From assembly GCF_037042905.1 (NCBI RefSeq), contig NC_087263.1, forward strand, positions 12,712,001-12,776,000: 64,000 nucleotides of DNA, written 5' to 3'. Made by a program: the position numbers and the translations under genes. Shown here in pieces: positions 11,788 through 24,769 of this stretch; position 1 is the first letter of the stretch; every line of letters begins with the position of its first letter. The notes under the pieces were generated by a model. That model ran no database searches and was not told the DNA's origin. It saw nothing but the letters and a program-made list of their open reading frames with translations. Source of the DNA: Lytechinus pictus (taxonomy: Eukaryota).

Positions 11788-14700
11788 GGTATGTGCTAAT
11801 TTAATCGATCTGTTAGGTGGGTGTACCAGACTTTTGGATTATGACGTATGTTCGTTCGTCTTCTTTGCTCTCGGCAATTTAAAGTAATATAAAATAATAA
11901 GAGATATTTATTTGAATTATTATGGCCGTATTTATTGAGTCTTTTGACCTTCCGCTTCACACCCACCCATTTCCTCCCATCCTCCTTTTCATGGCCTGTA
12001 TAACCCTTGAGACCATATTTGGTGTGAATTCTTTGTTTGGCTCTTATCTGGCCAATATTGCTTCGTCAGGAAAAACTGTTACACACAATCTGAATGCAGA
12101 CAGAGATAGAAACTGCCCCAAATAAAGGGTCTTGTTGAGAAATTCCTTTGTTGTCTCGCCCACCAGAGGAGAAGGCGAGACTAAGGGATCCAAATGTCGT
12201 CCGTCCGGCCCAAACATTATGACACAACTCCGCAACCGTTATTCACTTTTCAACCAAACTTGGATGGTAGATGTACATGTACTTGGGAGACCTGCATGTT
12301 ATGCTGCAGTTTGAGGTCACATGGTAAGGTCAAAGGTCATTTTCAGGTCAAAGTTAAAGTAGACATAAGAAGACGATCACAAAAACTGAGATTTTCACAT
12401 CAATAGACCAGTTCGTAGTTACTTCAAGGACAATTTCGGTCAAATGACCTTTCGTTTCTTTCATTATTAAAGATAGGCAGATTTCAAAGCAAGATATTAC
12501 GTATGCATGCCTTACATAGCGGGATGAAGAAATTGAATAGACCAGGTGACTAGAATAGCACATCCATGAATACTCTATGAAGGTATTTGTTGCATTTCTA
12601 CTTTGAATGCATATTAGAGAATGTTGTACAATGTACGTCATTCGTGGACGCATTGTTTTTTGTGGATATGAATGAAAAACACAATTCAAAAAAATATATG
12701 AATAATCAAGACATCGAAGTTGGTGCTTATCTCATTAAATTTTAAACCACCATGTCACTTTAGTACAAATGACCTTCCTCTGATCATGCGCAGAATCTTC
12801 TGATCATGCGCAGAGTGGAACTCAGAACTGGATTATAGAAAGATTTCAACCCGTAGAATAGCAGCTAACTCCATCCAGGTAACAAAGCAAAAAGAAAATA
12901 CAGAATTTAACCAAATCTGAGAGCTAGAAAAGCAATTTCACTCACGGAGAAAGGGCCCGTTTATGTGACGTCACGCAGTGGTATTGTGTTTCTGGGTTTT
13001 GTACAAGCACAGTACAAACCCACATACTCTCCCAACAGCAGAGGCTCTATAGTGCCCTGGAAGTGTGGTTATTTTAAAGATTTTTACTTTATTCAGAGAA
13101 AGAATAACGAGGCAATATCATGCAGTCGATATTTCTTTGTACATCAGAAACCGAAATATAAATTCTTGTATGGAAGACGGACAGTCAACCTGCCCGAAAC
13201 GTCGAGTCTCTCTACTGCTTCTACTCATCATCTCAACTCGCCGACTCAAGCCAGCAACTCCTCATCCATCCTACTACTCAAGCTGTTTCTTCAACTCATC
13301 AATCTCTTCTGGTTTACAGTCCTTTTCAGGACTATATTCAAGAAAAGAATACTCTACTCTAAAATCTCCACTTTCTCGCCTATCCAATTCCTTTTCTTCT
13401 TCTTTCCACTGTTTCTATAACACTCCACATGGTGTACCGTAAACCACATCAGCGAAATTCTTGTATATTGTATGCACCCAAATAAAGGTCATAACTACTT
13501 AATGTTTCATTTTGTCAGGAAGCATTACAATTGTTTATGAGACGGAGGGTGCAATATATTGCATCCTTAATGGTAACAATACCATAATGATGAATAATTG
13601 ATATTTTTTAGGGGTTTTTTCCGGAGCTGAAATTGGAATTCAGAGAAAACGTCCAGTAGACAGAGACCATAAATGTCTCATTTTTATAATACAATAAATA
13701 AATAGATAGATGAGGTAACTTGCCAGACAATTTCACCACTGCTAAAAGCCTCAGTCGGCAGCTTTTTATAGCTTTAAAACTTTCTTGAAAAAATAAACAC
13801 ACACATAAATAATATCACTTTCTACCAAAACATTGAATTTACAAGCATTAAACTGATATTTTTGTATTATAATATATTTTCTTTATATTATGAGAACTTC
13901 TTTTGAGTCTAAGGGGGGGGGGGCTCATTTGCCATTAGACACTTTTCGCTCAATGACAGAAATGACGCTATTTGATTTTGGAAGAGACTTTTAGCCCCGT
14001 CGTTAAAAACTGCCCTGCAATGCAATTGTATGACGTGAACATTTTGACTTTTGCAACCTCAACGGGGACATTAGATCTGCGGTTCGTGTGCAAAATTCTA
14101 GTTGTTACTATGGTAACAGTGATTTGGGACACTTTTTTAGAGCCGCAATAGTTGTAGAGTTCTAGAGCGCCTCAGTAATATGAAAGCAACAGTCACTCAG
14201 AGTTCCTCTAGATAGATTCTTGTATTATTGCACTCTGTACAGGTAAGCTATGCCCAAAAATAAATTCTTGATTTTCCTATGAAAACAAGATTTTCATATC
14301 CATTATAGACCTTTATCAAAGTAAAGTTCTATAATGGATTCAGGTTTTGAAAATAAATATAATCTGATAATCATCACCACCTCGGTATAATTTCCTAACA
14401 TTGTTGGAATAATTTGAAATCTAATCCCTCAGTTTGGGGGAAAGTAATGCGTAATGCCCACACGGCATATGTCCTTCACATTGTGTGCGAGATGGCTTGC
14501 TGTTTGTGTGGGAGGAGCCGGCAAAAGAAAGAAAAAATCCGGATAGATTTGAGATGGACTTTTCTGTGCAGATATCGATGCATGCGAAATGGTTTAGCTG
14601 GAGAGGTGAATATCATGCACCCACGAATTTAATTGCCAGCAATCCACCAATAATCCATTTTAGATGCAATATCAATTTGATGGGCTGTATAATGATATAT

Positions 14701-15001
14701 ATACCTAGAAGCCTTTAGTAATTCAGTAAGTTTTCTTTCCCTTAATATGTACTCGATTTGTTTCAAGAACCACTTTCCTATCCATGCCATAATACACCAC
14801 CATGTAGACCTAGAGCTTCTCATGACCTGGCAGTCTAGTGGAGTCCTTGGGTGGCGGGCCTTGCTGTGCTGAGCAGTCATACGTGAGAGCACAGGATCTT
14901 TTTACGTCACAACTTGCAAAATTATTATGGCATGCATGGATACATACTGTATAGCAGGAATGAGAATTTTGCACACGACACGCAGATCTAATGTTTCCGT
15001 A

Positions 15002-15246
15002 CATTGTAAAAACTGTGGTGATAAAACTTACACCAGTTGGTGTTAATAGAGGACCACACCCTGTGGTGTTAAGATTACACTCTAGAGACTGAACATAGCA
15101 CCAAAGAGTGTAAATGTAACAACCAAAGGTGTTGTAATAACACCTATACATGTAGGTGTTAAACTAGCACTGTCAATTTAACACCGGTGTAAAATGACTG
15201 ATGTGGTCCTCTATGTACACCGGTTAACACCACAGTTTTTGCCGTG
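15002..15246. mobile_element. CACT-ended MITE with TA flanks (related copy at 49650-49892)
   Basis: ta-cattgtaaaaactgtggtg...caccacagtttttgccgtg-ta; internal acacc/ggtgt repeats. Confidence 0.6.
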
Positions 15247-15283
15247 TAGTTGTAGATGCTTAAACTCCAGATTGTCACATCTG

Positions 15284-15723
15284 GGGCCATCTTACAAAGA
15301 GTTGCAATTGGTCCAATCAACCACAACTATAGAAAGCCAACTACGTCAACATCTAAGATGCATGTTTGTTCAAAGTATTTTCTAGATGTGCTGTTTATTC
15401 ATACATTCATTGCTTTCTTGAAAATTTTTGATGCTTATTTACTATTTATTCATTATCGATTCGGCAATTACAATATAAAATGATTTACAACATATGCATA
15501 AAACCAGAACCAAGGATGGATACATGTAGCTTAGCTGCCTGGGTCTGGGAAAAGCTAACTTGATAACTGTGATTCGAGAGTCTCCCTCCCTGACCAAGCT
15601 ACATGCTTCTCTTTGTTTACAAAGGACATTGCGCAAAGTTCCTCTAGAAAAAAAATGACACTTTTGGATTTCCATACATTTGAGGTTGATCAGATCAATC
15701 GTAACCCTTCGTAAGACGGGGCC
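15284..15723. mobile_element. Harbinger-like MITE family A, internally disrupted
   Basis: Both ends carry family-A TIRs; unrelated sequence at ~15430-15600. Confidence 0.6.
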
Positions 15724-15829
15724 CTTGACTTGCAACGAAACTCAGCATGCAAATCCTCCCTAAAACTTTTTAAAATATCCGGTAAAAGCTACATGTGATA
15801 AATTATTTGAGATTATTTCTATTCATTAA

Positions 15830-16419
15830 AGGTCAAGTTCACCTCACAAAAATGTTGATTTGAATCAATAGACAAAAATAAGACAAGCATGCATAATGTT
15901 GAAAATTTCATCAAAATCGGATGTAAAATAACGAAGTTATGACATTTTGAAGTTTCGCTTATTTTTCACAAAATACCTATGTGCACAATTTTACATGCAA
16001 ATAAGAGACTTGATGATGTCCCTCACTCACTTTTTATTTTCTTTTTTATTGTTTGAATCATAAAATATTTAATTTTTTTACAGAATTGAAAATAAGGACT
16101 AGCTTGACTGAACCATTAATTGTTAATGGTAATATCACATTTTCAGGTAGAAATTAAACCTTGTTTCACAGGACAATGAGGATAAAATTCGAATATTTTA
16201 TATGATGAAATACAAAAGAAATAGTGAGTGAGTGATGTCATCAGTTCCCTCATTTGCATACTGGAACGTGCATTAAACTGTTTTGTGACATTAAGCAAAA
16301 CTTTAAAATGTCATAGCTTTCTTATTTTACATCCGATTTTGATGAAATTTTTAGTGTTATGCTTGTTGGATTTTTCTCTTTTTATTCAAATCAACTTTTT
16401 GTTGGGGTGGATTTGTCCT
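15830..16419. mobile_element. Kolobok-like TTAA MITE (same family as 25264-25856 and 34999-35571)
   Basis: TTAA-aggtcaagttcacc...ggtggatttgtcct-TTAA. Confidence 0.85.
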
Positions 16420-16617
16420 TTAAGTATGGTGACGGGGCCTTGGATAGTTAAGGCGGCATACATGTATCTTGACGTGTGGTCAGCCATTTTGCCTTGAATC
16501 CTATTTCTTGAATATCAAACATTCCATTATTGATATTAACAATAATTACATTTGTTTACAACCCCAAAGTATTAGGAATTTAAAGTCTTCATATGAAGAG
16601 TCATTTGTGTTAGTTAA

Positions 16618-17200
16618 AGGAGAATGAAACTCTTGGAGCAAGTTAGCTTTCGTGAAAGCAGAAAAATCAAAGAATAAGATCAACAAAAGTTTGAGTAAAA
16701 TATGACTAGCAATAGAAGAGTTATGAGCATTTGAATGTCGAGATCACTAATGCTATGGAGATCCTCCCATTGGCAATGCGACCAAGATCTTTGATGTCAC
16801 AGATGAACAACTCTCCCCTTTTGGACGCTGAAAATATACCCCAAAACATCTCTTTTTGCTCATTCTAATCATATGACAAACGATTCATCAATGATATAAT
16901 GTTGTGAAACCTCTGTACTTGTCCTCTCATAAAGAGAACACCTCACCTTGTGATAGACTCTATAAAAGTGAGAATATAAGTGAAATAATTACTAAAGTAA
17001 TGAGGGAGTTGTACGTGTGTGACATCACAGATCTTGGTCGCATTGCCAATGGAGGATCTACATGGCATTAGTGATCTAAATATTCAAATGCTCATAACTT
17101 TCTTATTATTCATTCAATCTTCCTCAAACTTTCAACAATATGTTTCTTTGATTTTTCTCTTTGATATGGATTCAGCTGGTTTCAAGGGTTTCATTCTCCT
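16618..17200. mobile_element. Kolobok-like TTAA MITE
   Basis: TTAA-aggagaatgaaac...gtttcattctcct-TTAA with long TIRs. Confidence 0.88.
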
Positions 17201-17444
17201 TTAATAAAAGGCAATTTCAGATATCCACTAATGGGATTAAGCCTTTCAAAAACAAAAAGGCATGCAACATGTACGCTGTACAATACGTCAGCAAACTTCT
17301 GATATTTTGGCTTGCAAACGCTGGATAAATCTTTCAGAATTTTCTTCCCCATATTTTGTCTTGCCATAAATTAGTTGGCGTGACTGCTAATGCTCGTTCT
17401 TAATCAACTTCTCCCATCTTCTTCCTCTTTGTTCTCATTTCCAG

Positions 17445-17505
17445 TGCTGACGAGGAGAAAAATGTCTGCTACGCCCTGCGTGATTTCACCCGCCTCTACA
17501 GATAG
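17445..17505 (+). CDS. TNPO3: Transportin-3, terminal coding exon with stop codon
   Basis: Long polypyrimidine tract then ttccAG; phase 2 joins the previous exon in frame. Encodes (S)ADEEKNVCYALRDFTRLYR-TAG, matching the TNPO3 C-terminus AEECKQVCWALRDFTRLFR. Confidence 0.93.
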
Positions 17506-17871
17506 CCAACGCGTCGTCATTGTCCGGGGACACCCTAAGCAATGAGAGGATTTTTTTTAACAGTTCTTTTTAAAGCAACATTTTCTGAAATTTTATGGCA
17601 AGTTATATCGTGAACTTTTTATTCCTGGTAAGTGACATTGGATCTGGTCCTGCTATGGTTGTGTCTGTATGCGGAGCCATCACAGTCTACATTATTGAGG
17701 ATCGTAGCCCTAAAACACGTCTTACGGGCATGTTACAATATGCAGGAATCGTATGATGAAGACAGGGGCATGAGGTATTGTACGGACATCCTACGATAAC
17801 GGCAGGAGATTTGACGATCATCGCAGCTGTTTCAATGAGACTTCTGCATCGCTCTGTCTTTGGCCTTCCAG

Positions 17872-18139
17872 GGCCCCGTCTTGCGAAGAGTTATGATCGA
17901 TCCGTTCAATCACAACTATGGACGGCCAGCAACATCATCATCTAAAATGCAAATTTGTTTCAAATATTTTCTAGATATGATGTACATTCGTGCATTTATC
18001 GCTCTCTTGAAGATTCAGTGTGATTCTCTTTGTTTCAAGGAGATTGTGTGAGATCCCTGTAGAAAAAAATTATGACACTGATGGATTTCCAGAGTTACGG
18101 TTGATTGGATCAAGTGTAACTCTTTGTTAGATGGGACCT
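17872..18139. mobile_element. Harbinger-like MITE family A, downstream of the TNPO3 stop (possibly in the 3' UTR)
   Basis: ggccccgtcttgcgaagag... with the family-A body. Confidence 0.75.
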
Positions 18140-19270
18140 GGATCTGCAAGGTCCAACACCTGATATTGAATGCCGTAACTGATGGAAACACAAAAAGGAG
18201 CCCACAGCATCCTGCGGTGCCACCGAAAAAATGTAGACTAATCCTCTGTACAATGATCTTAGCAATTGAAAACAAGGTATTAGCTTTGACTGGCTTGAAT
18301 AGAGTACAGCAATTGTAGCTGGACCAAACTGCATGAAGCCTTATGTAAGCCAATCTTGAATTATGTTGAAATTGATTCTTATGTTCTTATTATTCCTGAA
18401 GAGGATCCAGTGGCTTGTTGCAGACAGAGTTGCAATCAATCGCAACTCCAGAAATCAAATACAACTTCATTTTCTACCAGTCAAAAGCGTGCATGACTTG
18501 CGATTGATTTTTTTTTAAGTTGCGTTCAACAGCAACTCTTTATTCAACAGGCCCCTGAGGACTGTCTCATGAGACATATGAGTGGTGATTTTCATTGACA
18601 ACAGTTATAAGCTAATGAAATCCTTGCTTCTGATTGGCCAAATGCAAATATGTCAGTGAAAGTCACTGACTATATGTTTTATGAAATATTCCCCTGTTTT
18701 CATATACATGTATCTTGGCTAGCCTAGTGAGTTGGTCAATGCTGAAACAATTTTATAATGCTGGGCAATTCCATATGATATGTACGTCCGACACCCAATA
18801 TGTGGGACCTTCATGAAATTTTCTGTCTCTGATCTTTATGTTCTTTTGACAGTCTGTAATGCTCTCAAATGACCATGACTTGGTTAGTTTATGACGTGAA
18901 GTAAAATTCTAGAAAAATGGGGGTCGGACACACAAAAAAGATGATTATGTAATGGAATTGCCCTGCTGTTAGTTTACGTTTTTAATGGTGTATACATGTA
19001 CTTGTGTGTGAGGATGATAAAAATGATGGTCTTTGACCTTTTAAATCAGGATGCGATGAGAACTTCAGGCAACAAGCAGTGACGGATTCTTGTTCAACAT
19101 TTGTCACACCTTCATTTCTTTGGCCCTTGAAACTCTGGGTCCCGTAACACAAAGGTTTGTGATTAATCGTTCGCTTGATTTTCACGATAGATTGCACATT
19201 TTAGTCCATGTAATCAATCGTAGAAAACAAGTTCTACGATGATTGCTAAGGTTTGTGTTATGGCTCCTGG

Positions 19271-19426
19271 GGCCCATTTCATAAAGGACTTGCAACTGTT
19301 GTAACTTTGCAATTATGGCAGCTACCACAAAAACATTGATCCTGATTGGCTGCTGAGCCCTGTTACCATGGTAGTTGCCATTATGGCAAAGTTACAACAG
19401 TTGCAAGTCCTTTATGAAACGGGCTC
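19271..19426. mobile_element. Short palindromic Harbinger-like MITE
   Basis: gggcccatttcataaaggacttgcaactgttgtaactttgc and its inverted repeat; CTG flanks. Confidence 0.75.
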
Positions 19427-20256
19427 CTGGTATAAAGTTGTGGTTAACTATGGATAGCCAATTGTGACAAATCTCTAACAGTAGAGGTTTGTACATGTAG
19501 TATCAGCTCGTTTGACTCGCAAATCATTCTCAACTGTCTGGGAAGGTTGAATAAGATAATTGTCCGCACCATTAAAGAATTAGGAATTAAAAAAAAAACA
19601 TACCATGTATACAAATTTTGACATTTTTGGCTTCCCATACTTTTAGCACCGAATGAGACTGTGGTCTAAGTTAAGCCCGAGTTCAGGATACGGGTTTGTT
19701 TTTAATGTGGTCATTGCCCTTCAAAGTCTTGAAAGTACCCGTAGTATTTCTTGAACAGTGATGCTAAAAATATACATTTTTAGTGCTTTTATGTGCATGG
19801 AGGAGGGATACAATTCAGTCAAATTGATAGAGATTTTCTTTTGCGTAGCCTTAGAATTCCAGTCTTTATTGAATACTTTAACGCAAAATTAAGAATGTGG
19901 GGTCATGACTATGTGTTATAATGATATTATGTTTTGTTCCGAGCCAATTTTGGGGTAAATGTAACATGTAATGATTTCTTTTTTAATATTGAAAGCTTAC
20001 CATTGTGAATGCTCAATGAACGTCAATGAAATATCAATACCTGTATATTTCAGTACTGAAAAACGCTTGAAATCTCGTAAATCCTGAAGTACAAAAATGA
20101 AACAAACCAATTTTTAATAATTTGTTTTTTCTTTATTCCAATGTATGTTAATAATATTCTTTCTCTGATGCAGGTCAACTGTGTATGTGATTGTATATGA
20201 AGTTATTTTCTATTCTAGATAAATGTGTAATTTCAGCATTGTAAACCAAACACATA

Positions 20257-20571
20257 GGCCCGTATTCTGAAGACGGGTTTAACTTAAACTCAGGTTTAAA
20301 GTTGTGGTTTAAGTATGGACAGCCAATTGTTACATAATCACTAACAGTAGAGATATCATACTTCAGCTCAGATCAATCGGCTCTCAAATCATTCATAATT
20401 GTGTAGGAAGTATAAATAGATGATTGTCTTCACCATTGATGAATCAGGCAAGAGCACAGTAAACATAAGAAACATACAACTTAATAAAAATTTTGATACT
20501 TTTGGCCTCCCATACTTAAACCACTACTTTAAACCTGAGTTTAAGTTAAACCCGACTTCAGAATACGGGCC
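20257..20571. mobile_element. Harbinger-like MITE family B, well-preserved copy
   Basis: ~45-bp near-perfect TIRs; 3-bp TSD ATA. Confidence 0.85.
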
Positions 20572-23500
20572 ATAGTCTCTTGAAATTGCATCACAACCAC
20601 CCTTTTTATTTACTCTGATACTCATGTTATTTTCCAATTTCCTAATTAAACCACATTCAGTAAAAGATATTATTGACATTTCCAAGGACAGGCCGTCAAT
20701 CAGTTTTGGAGTTGGTCTTGTGGGTTGACTAGCATACAGTGCACTCCCCCCCCCCCCAAAAAAAAAAAGCTTCCCAAAATTTAAACACACAATTCAACCA
20801 TGGTTTATGTTAAACTGGACTTTAGAATATGAGCCAATGTGTAGAAAGTTCTGAATCTATCATTCCCTTTAATTATTGCCCGAGAACTAAAACAAGTGCA
20901 GCCTCTATGTCATAAAATAAAAGTATTAATATACATCAGTTAATAATGCTGTCGTAAGGCCTTGTCACATTGTTCTGTGCAAGCTTTGAGTGTGACTTTG
21001 GGTAAGTATTTTTGTTACCCGCAGGACGCCCGCATTGGCAGTGTCTCGCGCATATCTCACATGCAGTTGCCCGCAGAAGCGCATGCAAGTCTGATTTGCA
21101 CGCAGAAACGTTTGTTGCGAGTGAGTTGTAGGTCCCCTGCAAGGCTTGCACGGAACGATGTGACAGGGCCTTTAACATTCACCTTTTTTTTTCTAAAGGA
21201 AGCTCAGTGTTAGAGGCCAACTATTCAATAAAGTACCAGAGTAACAAATTATGGCTAGTATTTTGAACAAAAGTTAAGGTAACATTCTAATTCTCTATTT
21301 TAAAAGCATATCTTGAGTTCTCACATTTGTATACCGATTTCTCTGGTGACTTGTACAAACTATACATATGATAAAGCATAACAAAAAGCAAGAACGCTCA
21401 CTCCAGGCAAAATTTTAATTTTGAGAATAAAGGCTTCCCAAAAACAGGGTTGATTTTTGTTTGCAGGCAATATTGGGTTTTGCTTTTTTTCATCAATTTT
21501 TGTCAATGTATTTTGGATACTTAGTAAGTGTTTGACCCTAAATCATGTTTTTCATCTATGTCTGTAAATTTAATGTTCTTGTTTGAAATGGCTGGATTTC
21601 AGACTAGCATTATGGCTGATTTCAGGCCTGAAAACCTCCCTTTTCAGGTCTTTTTTAAGGCTTTTAGTGTATTTCCATACAAACCATCAGGATACAAAAA
21701 TCATGATTTACAATGTAATCATTAATCATTTAAGGGGCCTTTTTCCACTTTCTGTACGGCTACTGTAGGGAACCTGTGTTTGTGCCATTATTTTTAGTAA
21801 AAGTAAAAATTTACTGAAATCCTATTCTTTGCATACCGTGAATTTCTTAAAATTTGTTTAATTCTGATGAAAACTGGAGATCTAAATTAAGGTTAAAGCA
21901 TAGGCATCCAAATAAGGTTCATTTGATCAGCATCTCCCAGCTGATTAAGTCTATTTCCAGCCAATTTCAAGAGAAAATGTTGTCGGGTGATTTCACACCC
22001 TTTCAGCGCACGCACATTCTTTTACATTACTATTAAACTTTCCCAAAATCCTCTTTAATGCAGTTCTTCAACAACATAATCTCACCCCCAGATATCAATT
22101 TTCATCCCGTAAACACCTCGCTTACGAGGGTGGTATATATTATACATATATCATAATCTGTTGTAAAGTGTATTATTGTGAATAGATCCTGTTAATACCA
22201 TTTCAAATTGGTTGTGCCGTTGAGGAAGAAAACACTCCAGACTGAACTATGTTAACTCTGTCCAGGTATTTAAAAAAAATCTTTTTATAGTCTCCTGTGC
22301 TTTCTAGTTTATTCTTCGTCATGTCCGTTCATTTTTTGTTAGTAATTTTCTTTATATCCCTTATTTTTCTTTATAACCTGTTTCCTTTCTCTTGGTATTT
22401 TTTCTTCCTTCCTCTTCTTTTTTCTCCTTTTCTCCTCTTCCTTCACTCCTTCCTTTCTTCCTCTCGGTATCTGCCATTCTTTAGTTCTTCTTCCTATCAT
22501 GATCTTTATCTTGGCGTTATGCTGTAATTTCAATTTTGTTAACAATTATGAAAAAAAAACATTATCTCGGATACAAACTGAATATACGTGAAAACCCTTC
22601 ATCAGGTCAATCATGCTAATAAACTTGTTAACACACATGTACATTGTGATTGCCATGCGCGTATGTTTATTTCATCCTATGTGCGGTTATATGAACTTGG
22701 ATGGATTTGAATAAATTATTGATATCAAGTGCTTTTGTATACAATGTAGAATTGTTTGTTGCCTTGACTTCTTGTGTACTGTATAAGTTTTTCGTTAAAG
22801 ATATACATATGAATTTCAAGACATGTTTGTCTTAAAAAATGCTTCATTCTTTAAATTCCTGATAGTTGTAATGAAAGGAAAGACACAGATCAAAGGGAAG
22901 CACATGAAACCTTTTTAACCCTAAAACCCTAACTTACCTGGGCTATTTTGCGTCCTGGGGGAGGGAGCATTTTAGCCCCCTACCCCCCCCCGATCTTTGC
23001 CGCAGATCGTGCGATCGTGACAAAAATTTGCACGAAGATAGAGAATGACATGATCTCCGTCATTTATTAATATGAATTAATTATGCTAATTGTATCCCCC
23101 GATTTGGCCTCGTCGCACAGCCGCCGCAGAGGTTTTCTTGTGAGCGCTCTACCAGCTGCATTACTTCTCCGATCATCTTCAAATTTGGCATGAAGGTCCA
23201 TTATGGTAAAGCAAGGCCGCCTAATGTTTTTTGAGTGGGTGGGGACATGGTTGCCATGGTAACCATATTTGTGTGGAAAATTTGGTAAAACCTGTAACTT
23301 CTGTTTTTTTTCTAGTTTGTCATAACAGTTGGCACACAGCATCAATATAAGAAGGTAAAGCGAGGATGCCTATCATTTTGGTGGGGGGTGTAATCAAATG
23401 CCCTTCAGGACAGAGCAAAACTGGAGTCTGTTTTGAAAATTATAGTGAATCAAAACAGCAGTTTCGTCATTAACTCTGGACCTAAATGTATTTCCAATTT

Positions 23501-23937
23501 TACGAATCAGCTCCGTATCTGCTGTTCCGGTTCACCAATTTTCGACAAAGGCCTCCCAGCTGTTCTTTTGTCATTTTAAGTGCATTTTCAATACATTTCC
23601 CGTGTGCGTGAATCCTCCGTATGTCGGTGAGCGAAAACTTCTGACTATCGTTCTTTGGCAAAACGTCATTCTGTATTTTGCCACTATCCACCCCGGTGTC
23701 AAATGGGTGTAGTGCGCCATGTAAGAAGTGACACTACTGCCCTGTGCTGGAATACTCCCCAGGGAGCGGAGATTGTGCATACACTACAGCAGGTTAACTA
23801 AAATCTGATGATGACCCGGGTATATTGCTCCTATTTTTATAAGTGCTACAAAAAATACTATTTTATTATTTTTTACATCAGTCTGAGAAACGTTTTTTTT
23901 CCCCAATTTTTTTGTTGATTACCACAATCGCCCCTCA

Positions 23938-24368
23938 CCCGGGGGGGGGGGGGGGGGGGGGCGGCGGTCAAATTTATTGCTGTACACACGCGTGACCAAG
24001 GAATTTCCAAACTCCCCCTAAACGAGTTTTCTCTGTGTGCAAAATAACCCCCTAAACAAGTTTTTATTTACACATTTCGGCCCCTAAACAAGTTGTCGCC
24101 AAAATATGACCTCGGGGGAAAAAGCTTGGGGGAAAAAAACATACCATAAACATGTTTGGCTAGTCTTAAAAAAAAAGCTTTGGGGAAAAAGCATACCCTA
24201 AATACGTTTGACCCCGCGATTGACCATTGACCAGTCTTTCAAAACATGGACCTATTACAATAGGTCCATGTTCAAAACCACCCTTTTTCTTGAAAATCGG
24301 TGTTTTTGATACCCTTAACGAGTCCACACGTGTGTACAGCAATATATTTGACTGCCCCCCCCCACGGG
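23938..24368. mobile_element. TIR MITE with CCCGGG/poly-G ends (partial copy at ~51225-51625)
   Basis: Inverted repeat gtcaaat.tattgctgtacacacg; flanking direct repeat ccctca(cc). Confidence 0.7.
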
Positions 24369-24769
24369 CCCTCACCTTTCGAGTGAGAAGAAAGTGCATT
24401 TCCCGCTCAAAGTAGCTCTTACACATCTGATATTCATCTTTTAATGCCCCTTTCCTGTGATGTTTTCTCGCTAGAGAGACCTACTAAACCGTTTACTATG
24501 TTTACAAACATCTATTATTCTTAGCAGTTAAAACTTCTCAATTGGCGATCACTTATAATCTTTTTCCATCACCATTTTTTATATTTAGTCATCAAAGCAT
24601 TCACCTTCATCAAAGCCATCTATCAAGAAAGACTGATTGCATCGGATGAACTTTTAGTTTGCGGGTTACCGCCGGAGAAGGTGAGCTTTCAAGTAGGTCG
24701 AAAGGAGGGGGTGTATTTGGAGAACGCTTCATGCGTAGAATATTTGATTCACGTAACGTGAGGGGTGTA

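Noticed and set aside
12965..13442. 151-aa and 125-aa overlapping ORFs
   Set aside because: They are low-complexity, pyrimidine-rich intronic sequence with no recognisable domain.
14820..14872. ATGA...TGA SECIS-like hairpin
   Set aside because: It is intronic, lacks the apical AA motif at the expected spacing, and TNPO3 has no in-frame TGA here.
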